From assembly GCA_010093815.1 (NCBI GenBank), contig ML996566.1: a DNA stretch of 64,000 bases. One strand, given 5' to 3'. Below the pieces are notes generated by a model. That model was given only the letters and a program-made list of their open reading frames with translations. It was not told where the DNA came from and did no database searches. Made by a program: the position numbers and the translations under genes. Origin of the DNA: Pseudovirgaria hyperparasitica (lineage: Eukaryota). Of the stretch, positions 1-12,751 are shown one piece after another. The number at the start of each line of letters is the position of its first letter. Position 1 is the stretch's first letter.

Positions 1-275
1 ACCGAGGTACCTCGTTGTGGAGTTTTGTTGTTGTACATGCAGGTATGACAGCTTCGCTTAGTTCGTATTCGGGGAAGTCTAGACCTTCAGTAACGCTGAA
101 TTTGGGTCAGCCAGTTTCCGTATCAATCTCTTGGATTGGTCTTCGGTCACAATATTATTCTACGCGTGTCAGATGCTTTGTTCGTATAACTCTACAGGCA
201 GACGTGGCGTCCAACCCTGCTCGTTTGGATGCACAAGTTCATGAAAACGTCCTACCTCAGCTTCGGCCGGATGCT

Positions 276-1331
276 TCAAGCTATCACTTCACGCATTCTC
301 GTACTCGCCTCGAGAGTTCGTTTGAGAACGATGATGTAGTGGTACACTTCTGGTCTGTACACCATCGTCCCATGGTTCTGTTCGCCTACTTGAGCTCGAC
401 TCTCCGTGGTCACGACAGGCTGTTTGAGCACTGGCGTCCAGTATCTGATAGGATTCGGCAATGGTTCTGGCATATGAACGGGTTTTCTAAACGGTGATGG
501 CCGAAATGGGATGCGGTCTTCGGAGAATGTAAGCATCATCCATAAGCAACTCGGCTTCGCTATCTGAGCGAGGTGAAGTGATAGTAGATTGACCGGATGT
601 ATGAGACTGTCTTCATCGGACTTGCGTAAAGGAGGACTCCCCGAGCGACTTGTGTTTGACTGTGTGCCCTCATTTTCAGACATAGGAGATGGACTCCTTA
701 TTTGAAAAGTCTTATAACGAGAGATAATGGACGTTGTTGAATCAAGAGATTTGAATTCGATATCTTCTCCGCATGCTATGGCGTCAGAACAAGACTTCTC
801 TATGATGATATCGAAAGAGTCAGGTTCCAGAACAGAGAGGATGGAAGGGAATGAAAGGAGATCTACCGCCTCCCAATGCATCATGCCGGTCGATAATGGC
901 TCACGAGGAACCGGAGGCAGTGCAGTCATATCTCTTGATGCTATCTCCTCGTCTCTCTCAACATCTTTCAAGATTTGTTGGATCATGCTTATGCGGTTTT
1001 TGTCATTCAGTTTGTCCCAAACGCCACTCTTTACAAGATCATTCTCCCATCGTCGGCCAAGCTCGACCGCATTCATGGAGAAATCAACATTCCAAATTTG
1101 CTCTGGATTGTCTACCAAGCTCCGTAATTGCATGGAAAGCAACGATGTGCCGCATCCGATATGGAGGATCTTGGGAACAATTCCCCTAGATTTGCACTGA
1201 GCTATGGCGCCGGCGACATGGTCGTCCAGAACGTTGGCAGGATGAAGCCAGTCGAATGGATTTGACTCTTTCTGGAAACGCAGATCCCAATACTCACGAG
1301 AGTAAAACGGGGCTGGTGCTCCTGAAGGCAT
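276..1331 (-). CDS. Class I SAM-dependent methyltransferase (EEF1AKMT4/ECE2-like family)
   Basis: Intronless ORF; N-terminal YWDLRF..FDW, motif I ILHIGCGTS, VDFS, and FDIIIEKSCSDA. First ATG (MPSGAP) at 1331; the ORF track extends upstream from a non-ATG codon. Confidence 0.8.
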   Translation of the reverse strand: MPSGAPAPFYSREYWDLRFQKESNPFDWLHPANVLDDHVAGAIAQCKSRGIVPKILHIGCGTSLLSMQLRSLVDNPEQIWNVDFSMNAVELGRRWENDLVKSGVWDKLNDKNRISMIQQILKDVERDEEIASRDMTALPPVPREPLSTGMMHWEAVDLLSFPSILSVLEPDSFDIIIEKSCSDAIACGEDIEFKSLDSTTSIISRYKTFQIRSPSPMSENEGTQSNTSRSGSPPLRKSDEDSLIHPVNLLSLHLAQIAKPSCLWMMLTFSEDRIPFRPSPFRKPVHMPEPLPNPIRYWTPVLKQPVVTTESRAQVGEQNHGTMVYRPEVYHYIIVLKRTLEASTRMREVIA

Positions 1332-1524
1332 TTTTCTTTTGGCTTTGACGCCAGGTTTGGTGTCGCGTGTATAAGGGTACTGGCAAGCTTCTTGGCTAGC
1401 CGTTCTGAGATAGCATCGGATACCCTTCGGGCAATGCTCCGTATAATTCTCCACGAGTTTTGTATCTTCATGCCAGACTACCCATTGCGTTTCTGCTCAC
1501 AGATATCATCGATACTTAATTACG

Positions 1525-2352
1525 ATGTCACTGCCTTCAGCCAGCCGGGTCGCTCAGTTTCAGCGTTCTGCAGGACGACAGCTCCGATTCCAAACCTTCG
1601 CATGCCCATGGCTTCAGTCGAGACGGACCAAGACAACGAATGCGAACTACGAACCCATCGTCCTAGAAAAGCCCGACAGGTTTCGACCTCCTTCCCATCC
1701 GCAGCGCATTGTCAAACCCAAGCCGAAGATATACGGCCCTGATCTCACGGCGCAGCAGAAGATGGAACATAAAACCAAGCAGTATCCACACCTCATGCCT
1801 CCAGAGGACAGCTTTATGCATTGGTTCCTACACAGCAGATGGATACATATGTGGATCACACTAGTATATATTTATTCTCATATTGTGCTCTGGATTAGAC
1901 ACTAACTGCGACAGAGCGTTCTCATGTCTGCAGCTACCTACGTCTTCGTCCAGGACTTCTATCAGACTACGCCATACATGGATCTTCTACCCCCCAAGTC
2001 GGAGTTTCTGAGCCATCCATTCTCATTCATGGGACAATATCTCCAGGTATATAAGATGACGGTCATCTACAACAGCGAACAAGTTGCCGAGCTACGGCGC
2101 AAGAAGATTGAGGATGCGGAAAAGCAGAAGGAGTACAGACGTGCACATGGCTTACCAAACGAGCCATACATCCTTAGAAAGCTACCTGGGTACAAGGATG
2201 AGGTCGAGAGAGAGGCGGCGAAGAAAGAGGCAGCTGTCGTAGCAGAGGCAAACGCGGACGCTTCGCCAACCGCGGCAGCCGACGTGCCCGGGAGATTCAA
2301 GAGCTTTGAAGGGAAGATTGAATCGCCCAAGAAGTGGTTTGGAATCTGGTAG
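1525..2352 (+). CDS. Fungal hypothetical membrane protein, possibly mitochondrial
   Basis: Two ORF-track pieces join in frame through intron 1864-1914 (GTATAT..CTAAC..ACAG). Arg/Ser-rich N-terminus, PIVLEKPDRFRPPSHP block, one hydrophobic segment, C-terminal KKWFGIW. Confidence 0.75.
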
Positions 2353-3171
2353 AAGGGTATGACCTTTAGAAGAGAGTGAAACGGGGATTCTCGCCATTTG
2401 TATAGTATGAAAAACATGCTCTGTGTACATATGATAGCGGGCGCATAAAATTTTCCTAGCAGCGTTCTAGCAGACGACTTCAAAGTAAAATTCTAGAGCC
2501 AGCCATAGGCCATGGGACATCGACCCGATGAATAACGAACCCACAAGGCCCAGCTGCCTGTTAAATTCGTCTCAGTTCGCGGAAAAAATAGAATTTGCTT
2601 TCTAAACTATTATAGTACCGACATGTCTAACAGTGCTCCGGGACAAAGAAATAAAGTGACTTGGGCCTCATACTTCGTTATATGCCTCGGACAGACACTC
2701 TGATTCACAGTGGACAGGAATAAAATGACGCAAGACTATGCGGCCGCCCGGTACTTGCGTACTCCATAGTGCTGCTATTAATTAGCGCTATCCCTACTCT
2801 ACTGCACTCTGCTGCTCCATTGTGTAGGAGGGCTATGCCAACACATTCGATCGACTGTGACAAATCTACCTGACGGTGAATCAATCACTGTGCTAGTAGA
2901 ACTTGATTTGTCCCTGGGATTAGCGAATCACAACAAGCCAGCACAGCCTCGTGACTTAGCTGCGAATCAGCAACCTCTTATGCCTGTCTGACAAGCTGGG
3001 ACACCCTACCGTCTAGGTGTTGCTGCCTCGTCGCCCCCTCATCTTTGTGCAGGTTCACTTCATTCATACTTGATCCAAATCCTTCAATTAGGTTTTTATT
3101 ATTACTTGCAATTGTAACAAGTACTCACTCAGGCCTACCTTTGACCACACTCTTGAAGTACAGATATCACT

Positions 3172-3704
3172 ATGAGTCGCCTCGCAAAGATCGACACTGA
3201 TTGCGAGCGTCTACCGTCGGGCATGCGCCGAGTTGCTTACGACGCTGATACCCAACGTTACACATACAAGGACCCAACAGATGACTCTCTATGGGAAGGT
3301 GCAGAGGGCGCCCGATATGGCCTTCTCCGACGAAAGACAATATCTCCACAGAGGCTTTTCAGTGATGTAAGTCATTCTACTTAAGTGCCATGGATACCGA
3401 TGCGGTCTGTGGTCGTGTTACTCTTCGAAGTATTACCATCATCTTGGTGAAAAGCACTGTTAACTTATCATCACAGCACTACGATAATGACCTTCTGCCT
3501 CCATACCAACAGCACCCAGCTGGCAATTGCACACGAACCAACCCAAGCGCTCACTGTTCTTGCTATTTCTGCAAGGCCTCCGTAGCTGTCAAGCCGCCGA
3601 TGCGCGAACGCTCTAGTTCTTTAGTCCAAGGAGTCCAGTCTGTAGCTCAAACTATCAAGAGATCAGTATCTGTTAGGGCGTCGAAACCTTCTGCTCCTAA
3701 ATAA
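3172..3704 (+). CDS. Small protein with RLPxGMxRxxYDADTQ N-terminal module (seen in fungal LysM/CBM50-annotated proteins); no LysM domain evident
   Basis: Exons 3172-3366 and 3477-3704; intron GTAAGT..TTAAC..CACAG keeps the frame. Confidence 0.6.
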
Positions 3705-4081
3705 GTACTTAGGAGGAAATTAAGATGAATAATGCTACGCTACTAGGGGTGTGGGGTAGTTTGTAGAATTAATCTGCTTCAGGGATCATGCGACGACAAA
3801 CAATACGTGTCTTAAATTCCGTGCCTGCATGCACGAAATTTCAAATAACTCATTATTCACTCAACTCTCTAAGGATGCGCTACTCAAAGTTATAATGTCA
3901 CTGATGTTCTGACATCAGCGCTGTTTCAGAGGCTTCCTACTGCGGCCCGAATTCAACGTCACGATTCCATGTCTAGTACTAAGATAATTCTAATATGACT
4001 CTACTGTGCGGGGTGCATAACTATCGTTATACTCTCCCCTCTACGCCCTTTTCCATTTTAATCTAGTATGGAATCTTTGAA

Positions 4082-5200
4082 ATGGTCTCCTTTTTATCAT
4101 TCGCTGTCCTTGCGTATACATTCTTTATCCCATGTCTTGCCGATGGACTACCATACTATGTGCATCCCACATGTGTTCATAATGACTCAGGTGTACAAGA
4201 GGCTATTGAAGAAGCAGTCTTAATGGCGCAACGGAGTGTCGCCCGTCTGGATACCAAGGACCCTGATATCCGAAAGGTCTTCTGGTATACATTTGGTGCT
4301 GATATTTCTCGTCGAACGAGTAACATTCCTATGAGGAAGGTGCGCAAGATTATGAAAGGCATTGGTGACATGAAAGGTGTCGAGACAATGCAAGATAGCG
4401 TCGTACGTATTATTTGCGACCACGACAAACGCTGGAAACCGCCACCCGAAGACATGAAACTGCAAAAAGACAAGTTAGGCAACGACCTACCAGATTGGTC
4501 ACAAGATTCTCTAAAACCAAGCGACGAGAGAGCTCTAATTGATGCGGAGCAACTGAAAGATGGCACCCTCGACACTGAGCCGTGGCGTTTGAATTTTGGG
4601 CATAAGCGAGTATGCCATGAAAGGGGATCAATCGCTATGTACACCCTTACCTATCATGGTAGTATCCCTAAATTCGGGAAAGGAAGAGCCGATGTGACAA
4701 TCTGTAGTCCATTCGATCGTGCTCCAGTGACGACACTTAGAAAACTTATGACCATACCTGACTTCGACATTGTAAGGGACACAACTCTGGTTGGGTCTAG
4801 GGATTCACCTCCGACAGCCATGGCTCCAACAGCGTTGATGAGTTTCATGCTCCTGCATGAACTCACACATCTTGTGGACTTCGACCGTAAGTTCCTTCAT
4901 CTCAAATGATCTACCAACGAGCAGTTGACTAATAATTATTCCTAGGTGAGGATGTACCCGAACCGGATCCATATGGATGGCAACACATTATACATATGAG
5001 TTTGGAATCGAGATTGCTTAATGCAGATAATTATGGTAAACTCTTGTGTCTAATTATATACACGTGCTAATAATGACTTAGCGTTTCTTGGCTTACTTGC
5101 TCTCCTAGGAGACTATAGAGTTAAGCTGGATGGGGACCAACGTCGGGCCAAGGGCGGATACTTGGTCAACACGGATTATGACTTCGGGTTTCGCCCATGA
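4082..5200 (+). CDS. Secreted zinc metalloprotease-like protein (HEXXH, M35/aspzincin-like)
   Basis: Signal-peptide-like N-terminus and LLHELTH. Introns 4887-4945 and 5036-5081 restore downstream ED..YGW and LNADNYA motifs; TGA at 5198-5200. Confidence 0.75.
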
Positions 5201-5646
5201 CTGCCAGAGGATATGGAGAAAATAGACTCCTCTAGAGCTTTGTCCAAAGAACCGCATAGCTATCAACTAGAGCCAAATGATGAGCTCACAAAAAACTGTA
5301 CTGGATATTGGCACCGAATAGGAAGTACCAATATTAAAGCAGGCTGTTCAACCTAGCAAGCGTGTTGCTCCTAAGGAATGGCTAGGGGTATGGAAATATG
5401 CTTCAAAGTAGGATGTCTTTATCTCTTATGTGGTGCAAGCTACAATCACAAAGGCACCCTAAAGAGTGAAACCCTCTAATACTACTCGTGTAGCATCGTT
5501 CCATGATTCTAGCTACTTGAAACAGTTGATATATGACAAGAGTACACTTCTGAAGACCAAGCCGACGTGCCCGCTAGGTCTCCAGCAAAGTCGAGTACTA
5601 ACCGAATTTGGCGTAGAGCCTGTAACGAGTGAACTGCCTATGTGGG

Positions 5647-6931
5647 TTAGCGGGGTAACAGCTCAATGCACGATGGCGTACCAGCACTCAAACCAGGCAT
5701 CCAAACATATAAACCTCCTCGATCCAGCCCTCCACTGTCCTTCCGATTCCCCGACATACAGTTCCAGAATTCCCTCAACTTGAAACAAGCCAATCTCTCA
5801 TAGATACCGCAACGATATTCGCGCAGTGACGTCATACCGACAATCCCACAATGGCCGACAGAGCAGAAGAGTGGAAGACTAAGTTGATCGGCAAGAAGCT
5901 TGGCGACAATCATGACGACTCGGTACGATGCAAACAGTCCACTGGGTCGTACGCATGAGTAACGATATGCTGATTCAATCCAGACGTTCAGCAAGACAGA
6001 CCTGCCTGAAGGCCACAGGGTGTTGGAGGAGAACGAACCCACGACAAAGGAGTTTTTTGTCGACAGGTGTGTGTACTCGCTGAGGCTTCGAGGTCGCTGC
6101 TAACGAGAAGGTAGATTGAACGTGGTGAAGGACAAGGAGGGTGTGGTTTCGAGGGTGTATTATGGGTAGAACGGGGACGTCCTGCGATCGATTCCCGGTG
6201 CAGATTCTCACGTAGCTGGGGCGACGTCTTCTCGTCAAGTGCCGTCAGGAAGTAGGTGTCTGTGACAAGGATGTATCGTATCGGATATGGGCTCTTGGAA
6301 TACCGATTCTTGTTCGCCACGTGTATGTTGTCTCCAAAGTGCTATGTACTGAGAAGTAAGAATTAAAGTACGCCTGCGATGCTCCAGCTATAATTTTTGA
6401 TGGCCACTTTACTAGGTCTGCACCGACAGCTCGCTTCAAAACACCATCCAAAAAGTACTATAACAGTTTTCCCCTTGCTCGTTGAGTTGTTCACGATTGT
6501 GTCTACCTCGAGACGATCGCACAGCTCCTCACCATTCGCAGGCAACCTACCGTCATATCATCTATAAAGTAGAACCTTTTCGAGCACCTATGAACTCGGA
6601 TATTGGGTTCGTGTTTGTGTGTTTGGATTGAGGATTTGCGGTAGCGATATTCGGAGCGATGAAGTCCCTTGGAACGCTGATCATGATCTGATGCTTGGTC
6701 AATCCGTTCTGCAGGGAAATTCTGTGTGTCGTCAAGGGACCCTCCCCTAGCTCTTCCTTATCAGGTTGCTCGTTTCTCGAAGGCTCTTACTCGCTGTGTT
6801 TAAACATAACCTTCATGAGCTATGTGTCAAAAGTAACATTGACATGGAAACTGTGCGCTGCGACTGGGAGCGAGAACTCATGCATGCCCAACGCATCTTG
6901 TATACAGAGAAATGAATCCGGGTTATGATTG
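5647..6931 (-). pseudogene. Possible decayed gene of unknown family
   Basis: Chain of short, protein-like minus-strand ORF fragments in shifting frames, interrupted by TAG/TAA; acceptor-like CTGAT..TTACAG near 6932. No family recognised. Confidence 0.25.
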
Positions 6932-7560
6932 CTGTAAGTAGTATCAGTGTGACGACTAATGACCGATTCATTCGTTCAAACTGGGACTCCTAGCTGTGTT
7001 GGGTTCCATCTATAATCAAATATCAGCCAGCCTACTAGGTAGTCTCCTTGGTCATTCGAGGGCATTCCTAACTGGAGATCTCCTCCGGAAGGTGACTCCT
7101 TCTCGTCATCCCTAGAAGTCATATTCGCGTGGAGTACTTTGGTTCTAGTTGATGAGAGCACTTCTGAGCGTTAGTATGAGCGACTGACCCGAGACAGGCC
7201 ATTCTACAACGAATGGAAACATAATTTGACAGTGATATCAAATCAGGAATAACACCCTGTATTCCACCAAGAAATGGGGCATGAGAATGTGCCTAGAACG
7301 TTGTACCGGTCGATCAGGACCTTGGCGTTGTTATTCGAAGCGCGTGCCTGAAATCACTTCCCACGTGAATCAACTTTGTTGTTGGCACGCGTCGCGTACC
7401 GTCCTGACGTATTTGATTTTCTTGCGCACATACGAAATTTGTAGCTGGTGCGTCGCATATAAATATACCCAGCATCTACAGCTCTTTTCAACAACAATCC
7501 CTCCAGAACGATACCCAAACAACTCTTCGCTATAGCTGACCAACAACTTTCTTCTTTACA

Positions 7561-8455
7561 ATGGTATAGCCCCGACTCACTTGATTTATATCCACATCAC
7601 TGACAGTGGTAGTCTCCAACGTCAGCTAAACTTGGCCCTGCAGGTTCGCCAATCAAAGATCTGATCCCATATATGCCAACAGAAGAATACTTCCAGGAGC
7701 TCTTCGACGGCGCGCGATGGATGCGAAATAGCAACGAGAGGACCGAACATAATGATAATTGCCCGACCGACAAGGTTGATGACAGCTCTTGGCTCTTGAA
7801 GAGCTTCGACAAGAACGAGACTCCGCCAACGGGAGCGGACAATTCAGATCATCCAGTGTCATCCGAATCGCAAAACAACGTCCGCGACGGACGAAGAGCT
7901 TTGGTGGGTATGATGGACGAGGCTCAAGTGCTCTTACGACAATTCTATAACTCAGAAACACGTGTGCCCGAGAAAAAGGAACTTCCCACCTTGAAAGACG
8001 ACACTTCAACCGAGGACGGTATGAAGGCTTGGGTGAAGCTGCTCGAAGATCAACAGGCGGAGTTGGAAGAGAATTTGATGAGTCTTGAGGGGCATAAGAG
8101 AGTTGACGGATTCATCGAGCAGCGTGCCAAGTCCAGCAGCTTCACAGGACTTCCACCCCATCCGCAGCAAGATCCAAGGGAGCGTTCTCGACAGCTCGCA
8201 CGCAGAATGCGATGCTTCATTGACCGGACGCGAGGGGCACTTAAAGTGCTCCGATCCAGAATCCGATCGATGCGGAAGGTTCGCAAGGAACCTCCAACGG
8301 GACCCCGGAGCTGGGATGACCCTCGAGACCACGAGGAAGAATGTCTCGACGACAAAATGGACCGGATGAACGACTGGTCCTCCAGGTTTGAACACGGTCG
8401 CCTTGTTCGCGGCCGAGGACCGCCCTACGGCAAGCGTGGGTACGGACGCTTGTGA
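7561..8455 (+). CDS. Hypothetical charged, coiled-coil-like protein
   Basis: 260-aa ORF 7673-8455. Upstream ATG at 7561 joins in frame through candidate intron 7564-7612 (GTATAG..CTGAC..GTAG). TATA-like TATAAATA near 7458. Confidence 0.55.
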
Positions 8456-9009
8456 ACACACCATGTCAGCAAGCATTCAGCAAGAGTGCATACATGCGGA
8501 GACAAGAATTGGACTGTATTGGAAAGCTACACAACTCTTTGTGGATATCTTACAGCGAATCAAAGGATCAGAGAAGGTTGATGGGCCATTGAGGACACAT
8601 TGAGAGAGCCATGTCTCGATGCCTTGTGGAAAGCAGGAAATTGGACGGAGAGTTTGAAGAAGAAGACCTAGTAGTCTGATAGCTTACGCGGATACTCGAA
8701 TATCCCAATTCCACTATATGACGTGCCCCAAATCTACTGCCAGACTCGTGCAAGTGACCAGGTTTGCTTTGACTCAGCCATCGCCGTAAAACTAGTGGCA
8801 CTTTATGAGCGTCCAGAGTTGCGTCGTCGTCATCCACGTATTGTGACCAAATAGTCGTAAGGCCATTCTTCTCAGCACAGACGTGATGCACCTGCTGGGC
8901 ATTGGCCGCAGACGTTGTCTACTGATGGCGTTACAGCCCATGCAACGAGGATATCTATCGTATAGTAGAGTCCTATCCGTTGTCTCATCAGAAGCTCAAA
9001 ACATCCCTC

Positions 9010-9735
9010 TCACTCGACCCTCCTCCTACTCGCTCTCTCCCCCTCGTTCTGTTCCGCCGCCACGCCCCTCACGGCATCCGTCACCAGCTCCCTCAACTGC
9101 CTCTGCCCCTCCTCACCCTGAAAGTCCTCTCTCGCAGCCAACTCCTCAATGCGCCTCCTGAACTCCGGATCCGGCGCCTCCAACCCATCCGCATCCGCAG
9201 ACACATGGCCAATGTCAATCTTGACATTCTCAGGCAGCGCCGGCGGGACACGCACACCATTCGCCCGCGCATCTACATTATCCGACCCAGACGCATCCGA
9301 CGCCGCACCGTTCTGGATCGCGCCTTGTTGCGTGCCGGCAGCAGGTTGCGAGACGCCGGTGCGCTCGCGCAGGTACGACGCCACGAGAATCCACTCCTCG
9401 GACTCGGCACGCTCGAGCACGGTTTCGCCCTCGCTGTTGCGCGCGTGTGCGTCGGCGCCGAGCTCTTCGATCAGACAGCGCGCGACAGGCACGGTTTCGG
9501 CGTAGAAGAGCGGTGTGTCGCCGTCGGAGTCGCGCGTGTTAGGTGAGGCGTTGTACGTGGTGACGAGAGCGCGGAGCAGGTCGATGTGTGCGTAGGATGC
9601 GGCGGCGTGGAGGAGGGTGTAGCCGTTGGCGTCGGCGGCGGTGGCGAGGGTAGGGTGTTGGGTGAGGGTGGTGAGGATTTGGGAGGGCCGGTCGGGGAGG
9701 ATATTCAGGAGGAGGTCAATGGAGGGAGTCGCCAT
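9010..9735 (-). CDS. Small ankyrin-repeat protein (YCR051W-like)
   Basis: Ankyrin motifs DANGYTLLHAAASY, DSDGDTPLFYAE, NSEGET; C-terminal PDPEFRRRIEELAAREDF block. Confidence 0.85.
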   Translation of the reverse strand: MATPSIDLLLNILPDRPSQILTTLTQHPTLATAADANGYTLLHAAASYAHIDLLRALVTTYNASPNTRDSDGDTPLFYAETVPVARCLIEELGADAHARNSEGETVLERAESEEWILVASYLRERTGVSQPAAGTQQGAIQNGAASDASGSDNVDARANGVRVPPALPENVKIDIGHVSADADGLEAPDPEFRRRIEELAAREDFQGEEGQRQLRELVTDAVRGVAAEQNEGERASRRRVE

Positions 9736-10374
9736 GGTGTTAAAGTTCTGGTTGTGTAGTGGTAGAGAAGTTTTTTGGACATGGAGGGAGGGAGTTGTGG
9801 TGATGCGGGCACGCTAGCACATGGATATCCTGGGGTTGTGGTATAGCTATTATTAGGGAAGACGGGCGCCCTTCTCGAGGTGAAGGTATTACTCCTCCAT
9901 GATAATGTTGCATAACATGACGAAACTCATGCTCTCCCTCATTTTGACAAGATTCCAACTGCTCAACATGAACACCTTAGCAGCAACACAGCAGTTCCAG
10001 CCGGAAGCGCGCGTTTGGCGGCCAAGCAGCTGAGCCTCGCGCCTTTTGCTTGGCTGACGTGACCCCAAACACTCGATTTGTCGCGTGCTCGCACTCGCTG
10101 CAGTGTTGTGAAGTCGTCACACAGTCATCAAGACATGCATGGATGCAGCATTCCTCTCTCCACCTGTAGCCTTTCCCGTGTTCTTGGATGAACGAGGTCA
10201 CAAGCAGAAGAAGATACGGCGATGGAGCGGCTGTGCGATCTCCCAGTGGATTGAAGCTTCAGGCTCTCCATCTTAGTGCCTCTTGGCTGGCGCGAATGTT
10301 TCTTTAAACATGTCCCCTTCCTCGAATCGTCGGTCTGCTCATCTCTCCTATATCCATCATCTCACCAGCTCACG

Positions 10375-11716
10375 ATGCCGACTCTACGCGCATTTCAGCT
10401 GCCGTCCAAACGTCTCATCCTTTCTTATGTGCTCGACTGGATCGTTATCATGTGAGTTGCTGTCGCTGCCACAAGGCTGATCTCAGGATCCACTACACAG
10501 CGTGCTAACGTCAATCACAGAGCTATTGCTGGTGTCGGTGGTGGCTTCAATAGAATCGGGCCGTATAGAAGGCCATTCTCCCTGGTCGACCTCAATATCT
10601 CATATCCTTACACGGAGAACGATCAGGTCTCCTGGTGGGTCGTCCTGATAGTCGCACTGATCGGACCCGGTGTCATCATCTTCCTGACCTGCCTCTTCTT
10701 CGTACCCGGACCGCGCGCCATCAGAACGCACCCGTGGTCACTGGTATGGCGACGCAAGTTCTGGGAGTGGAATACGGGCTGGATGGGCCTTGGCTTGAGT
10801 CTTGCGACCGCGTTCATGATCACAGAAGGTCTGAAGAATCTTTTCGGAAAGCCCAGACCTGATCTGCTGGCGCGATGCCAGCCCGATGTTGACAACATCG
10901 AGCAATATGTTGTTGGAGGTTATGGTCAGGACATCTCGCCAAAGTGGGTACGGGTTAGCGCAGCCATTTGCATGGGTCCGAATACCGATGAGATTACGGA
11001 TGGCTTCCGAAGCTTTCCAAGCGGCCATTCATCTTGTGAGTCCATCCCGACGTATCCCTGACTATGTCGATCAATCACTATAGACGTAATGTATTTGAAA
11101 CTGACTATCCACAGTTGCATGGGCTGGACTATTATACCTTACGCTCTTTGTCTGCTCAAAGTTTGCCATCTCTATTCCTTTCCTACCGCCCAGAGCATAC
11201 TCTACCGACTCAAAAGCTGTGGCTCTCGAAGCAAAGCGGCACGACCGTCTGCCATTACACGAAGATGACGAGACGTCTATCATCCCGATCCGCAACCAAG
11301 CAGCTGCGCCCCCCAATTATCTGCTTGTCTTGGCTCTAGTTCCGGTCGGGACTGCGGCGTATATCGCTTCGACGAGGTACTCTGATTACCGCCATCACGG
11401 GATCGATATCTTCGCTGGCTCACTCATTGGTATTGCCACTGCATGGTTCTCGTTCCGCTGGTACCATCTGCCCATTCAGCAAGGCGCAGGCTGGGCCTGG
11501 GGAGCGCGGAGTCGTGATCGGGCCTTTGGCATCGGCGTTGGTACAGGCAACTATGTGGGAACAGAGGGATGGGGTCCTGCAAAGTCGAGCCAGCTTCGTG
11601 ACGAAGAATCAGGGCGCAATGGAATCTTGGGACCTGGTCTGGATGGGCAGCAGGCTGTCTCGAATGAAGCACCCAGTGCCGATAGCCTTGCGCGCAAGGC
11701 CAGCACTGATAGATGA
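10375..11716 (+). CDS. PAP2-family lipid phosphate phosphatase (DPP1/LPP1-like)
   Basis: Introns 10452-10520 and 11036-11114. Catalytic motifs KNLFGKPRPD, SFPSGHSS and STRYSDYRHHGID; several TM segments. Confidence 0.9.
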
Positions 11717-11986
11717 GGCATGTGGTAGACTAATCTTTCCTTTCGTTTTTCATCATTGCACACCCCGTTTCTTAGCGTAATTGATAATGCAATAATGGTA
11801 GCAGTTTCGCACTCGCTCTATCGCAGCATTTTGATCTATATTTCAAGCTCCATTACACTGCCTGCCTATCTACCCGCCTACAACTCCATCCACATCCTCC
11901 TCCCCATTCTCCATGCTTCTCCTTTGACAGAGTCCACCTCTACAGCCCCCATCTCACCAGTCCACCTTTCCCCCAAATCCAAAGTC

Positions 11987-12623
11987 TCACAAAAGCGCCG
12001 CAGCACCAGCAACCAAAGCCGCAGCCGCCAAACCACCCATGGCAGTCGGCACAGCAGCCGCACCCGTCGCCCCAGTAGTCGCCGCCGAAGAAGACGAAGA
12101 CGACGACGACGAAGAAGAGGTAGTCGGCTCCGATCCCGCACCCGTCGTCGGCGCAGCCGTAGTCGCCACCGAGCTGTGCGGCGCCGAGCTGTGTGGCCCA
12201 GTGCTCGCTGCTGGCGGCGGCGCGGACGAGTGCGCGGCCGAGCTGGGTGCCGGGGCAGAGGACGGCTTGTCGTCCGCGATGGGGTGGCCGGCGTCGGCGC
12301 AGGCGCCGCGCACGGCGGACAGGGTGCGCTGTTCGTCTTCGTCGCTGCAGGCGGCCTGCACGCAGGGAAGGAATTTGGGGATCAGGTCGGGCTTGTCGCA
12401 GTGGCAGCCGAAGTTTGAGAGGCCGACGCAGCCGTCCATGGCGACGGTGGTGGCGAGGCAGCCGCTCTGTTGGTCGGATGGTGTTAGATTGGTGGTGGGA
12501 TAAGGGGGGGGAAAGGGGGAGGGGGTGAGGGTGAGGACGTACAGCGCATGATGGGATGTCCGGGAAGCTCTGCGAGGAGCCGAGGGATGCCAGGGCGGCG
12601 AGGGCGAGGATTGAGGTCTTCAT
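11987..12623 (-). CDS. CFEM-domain, putative GPI-anchored cell-surface protein
   Basis: Signal peptide [17 protein letters not shown]; intron 12467-12542; eight-Cys CFEM (IPSCA-SGCL..GC..CHC..PCVQAAC..AC); Ser/Thr-rich stalk; hydrophobic C-terminus. Confidence 0.9.
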
Positions 12624-12683
12624 TGTGAAGGTATTGGGTTTTTGGAGGGTGTGAGTGGGTGTGAGTGGGTGGTGGTGTTGGTT

Positions 12684-12751
12684 GGATGGATGAATGGATG
12701 GATGGATGGATGGATGGATGGATGGATGGATGGATGGATGGATGGATGGAT
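12684..12751. repeat. (GATG)n microsatellite upstream of the CFEM start
   Basis: Direct reading of tandem GATG. Confidence 0.95.
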
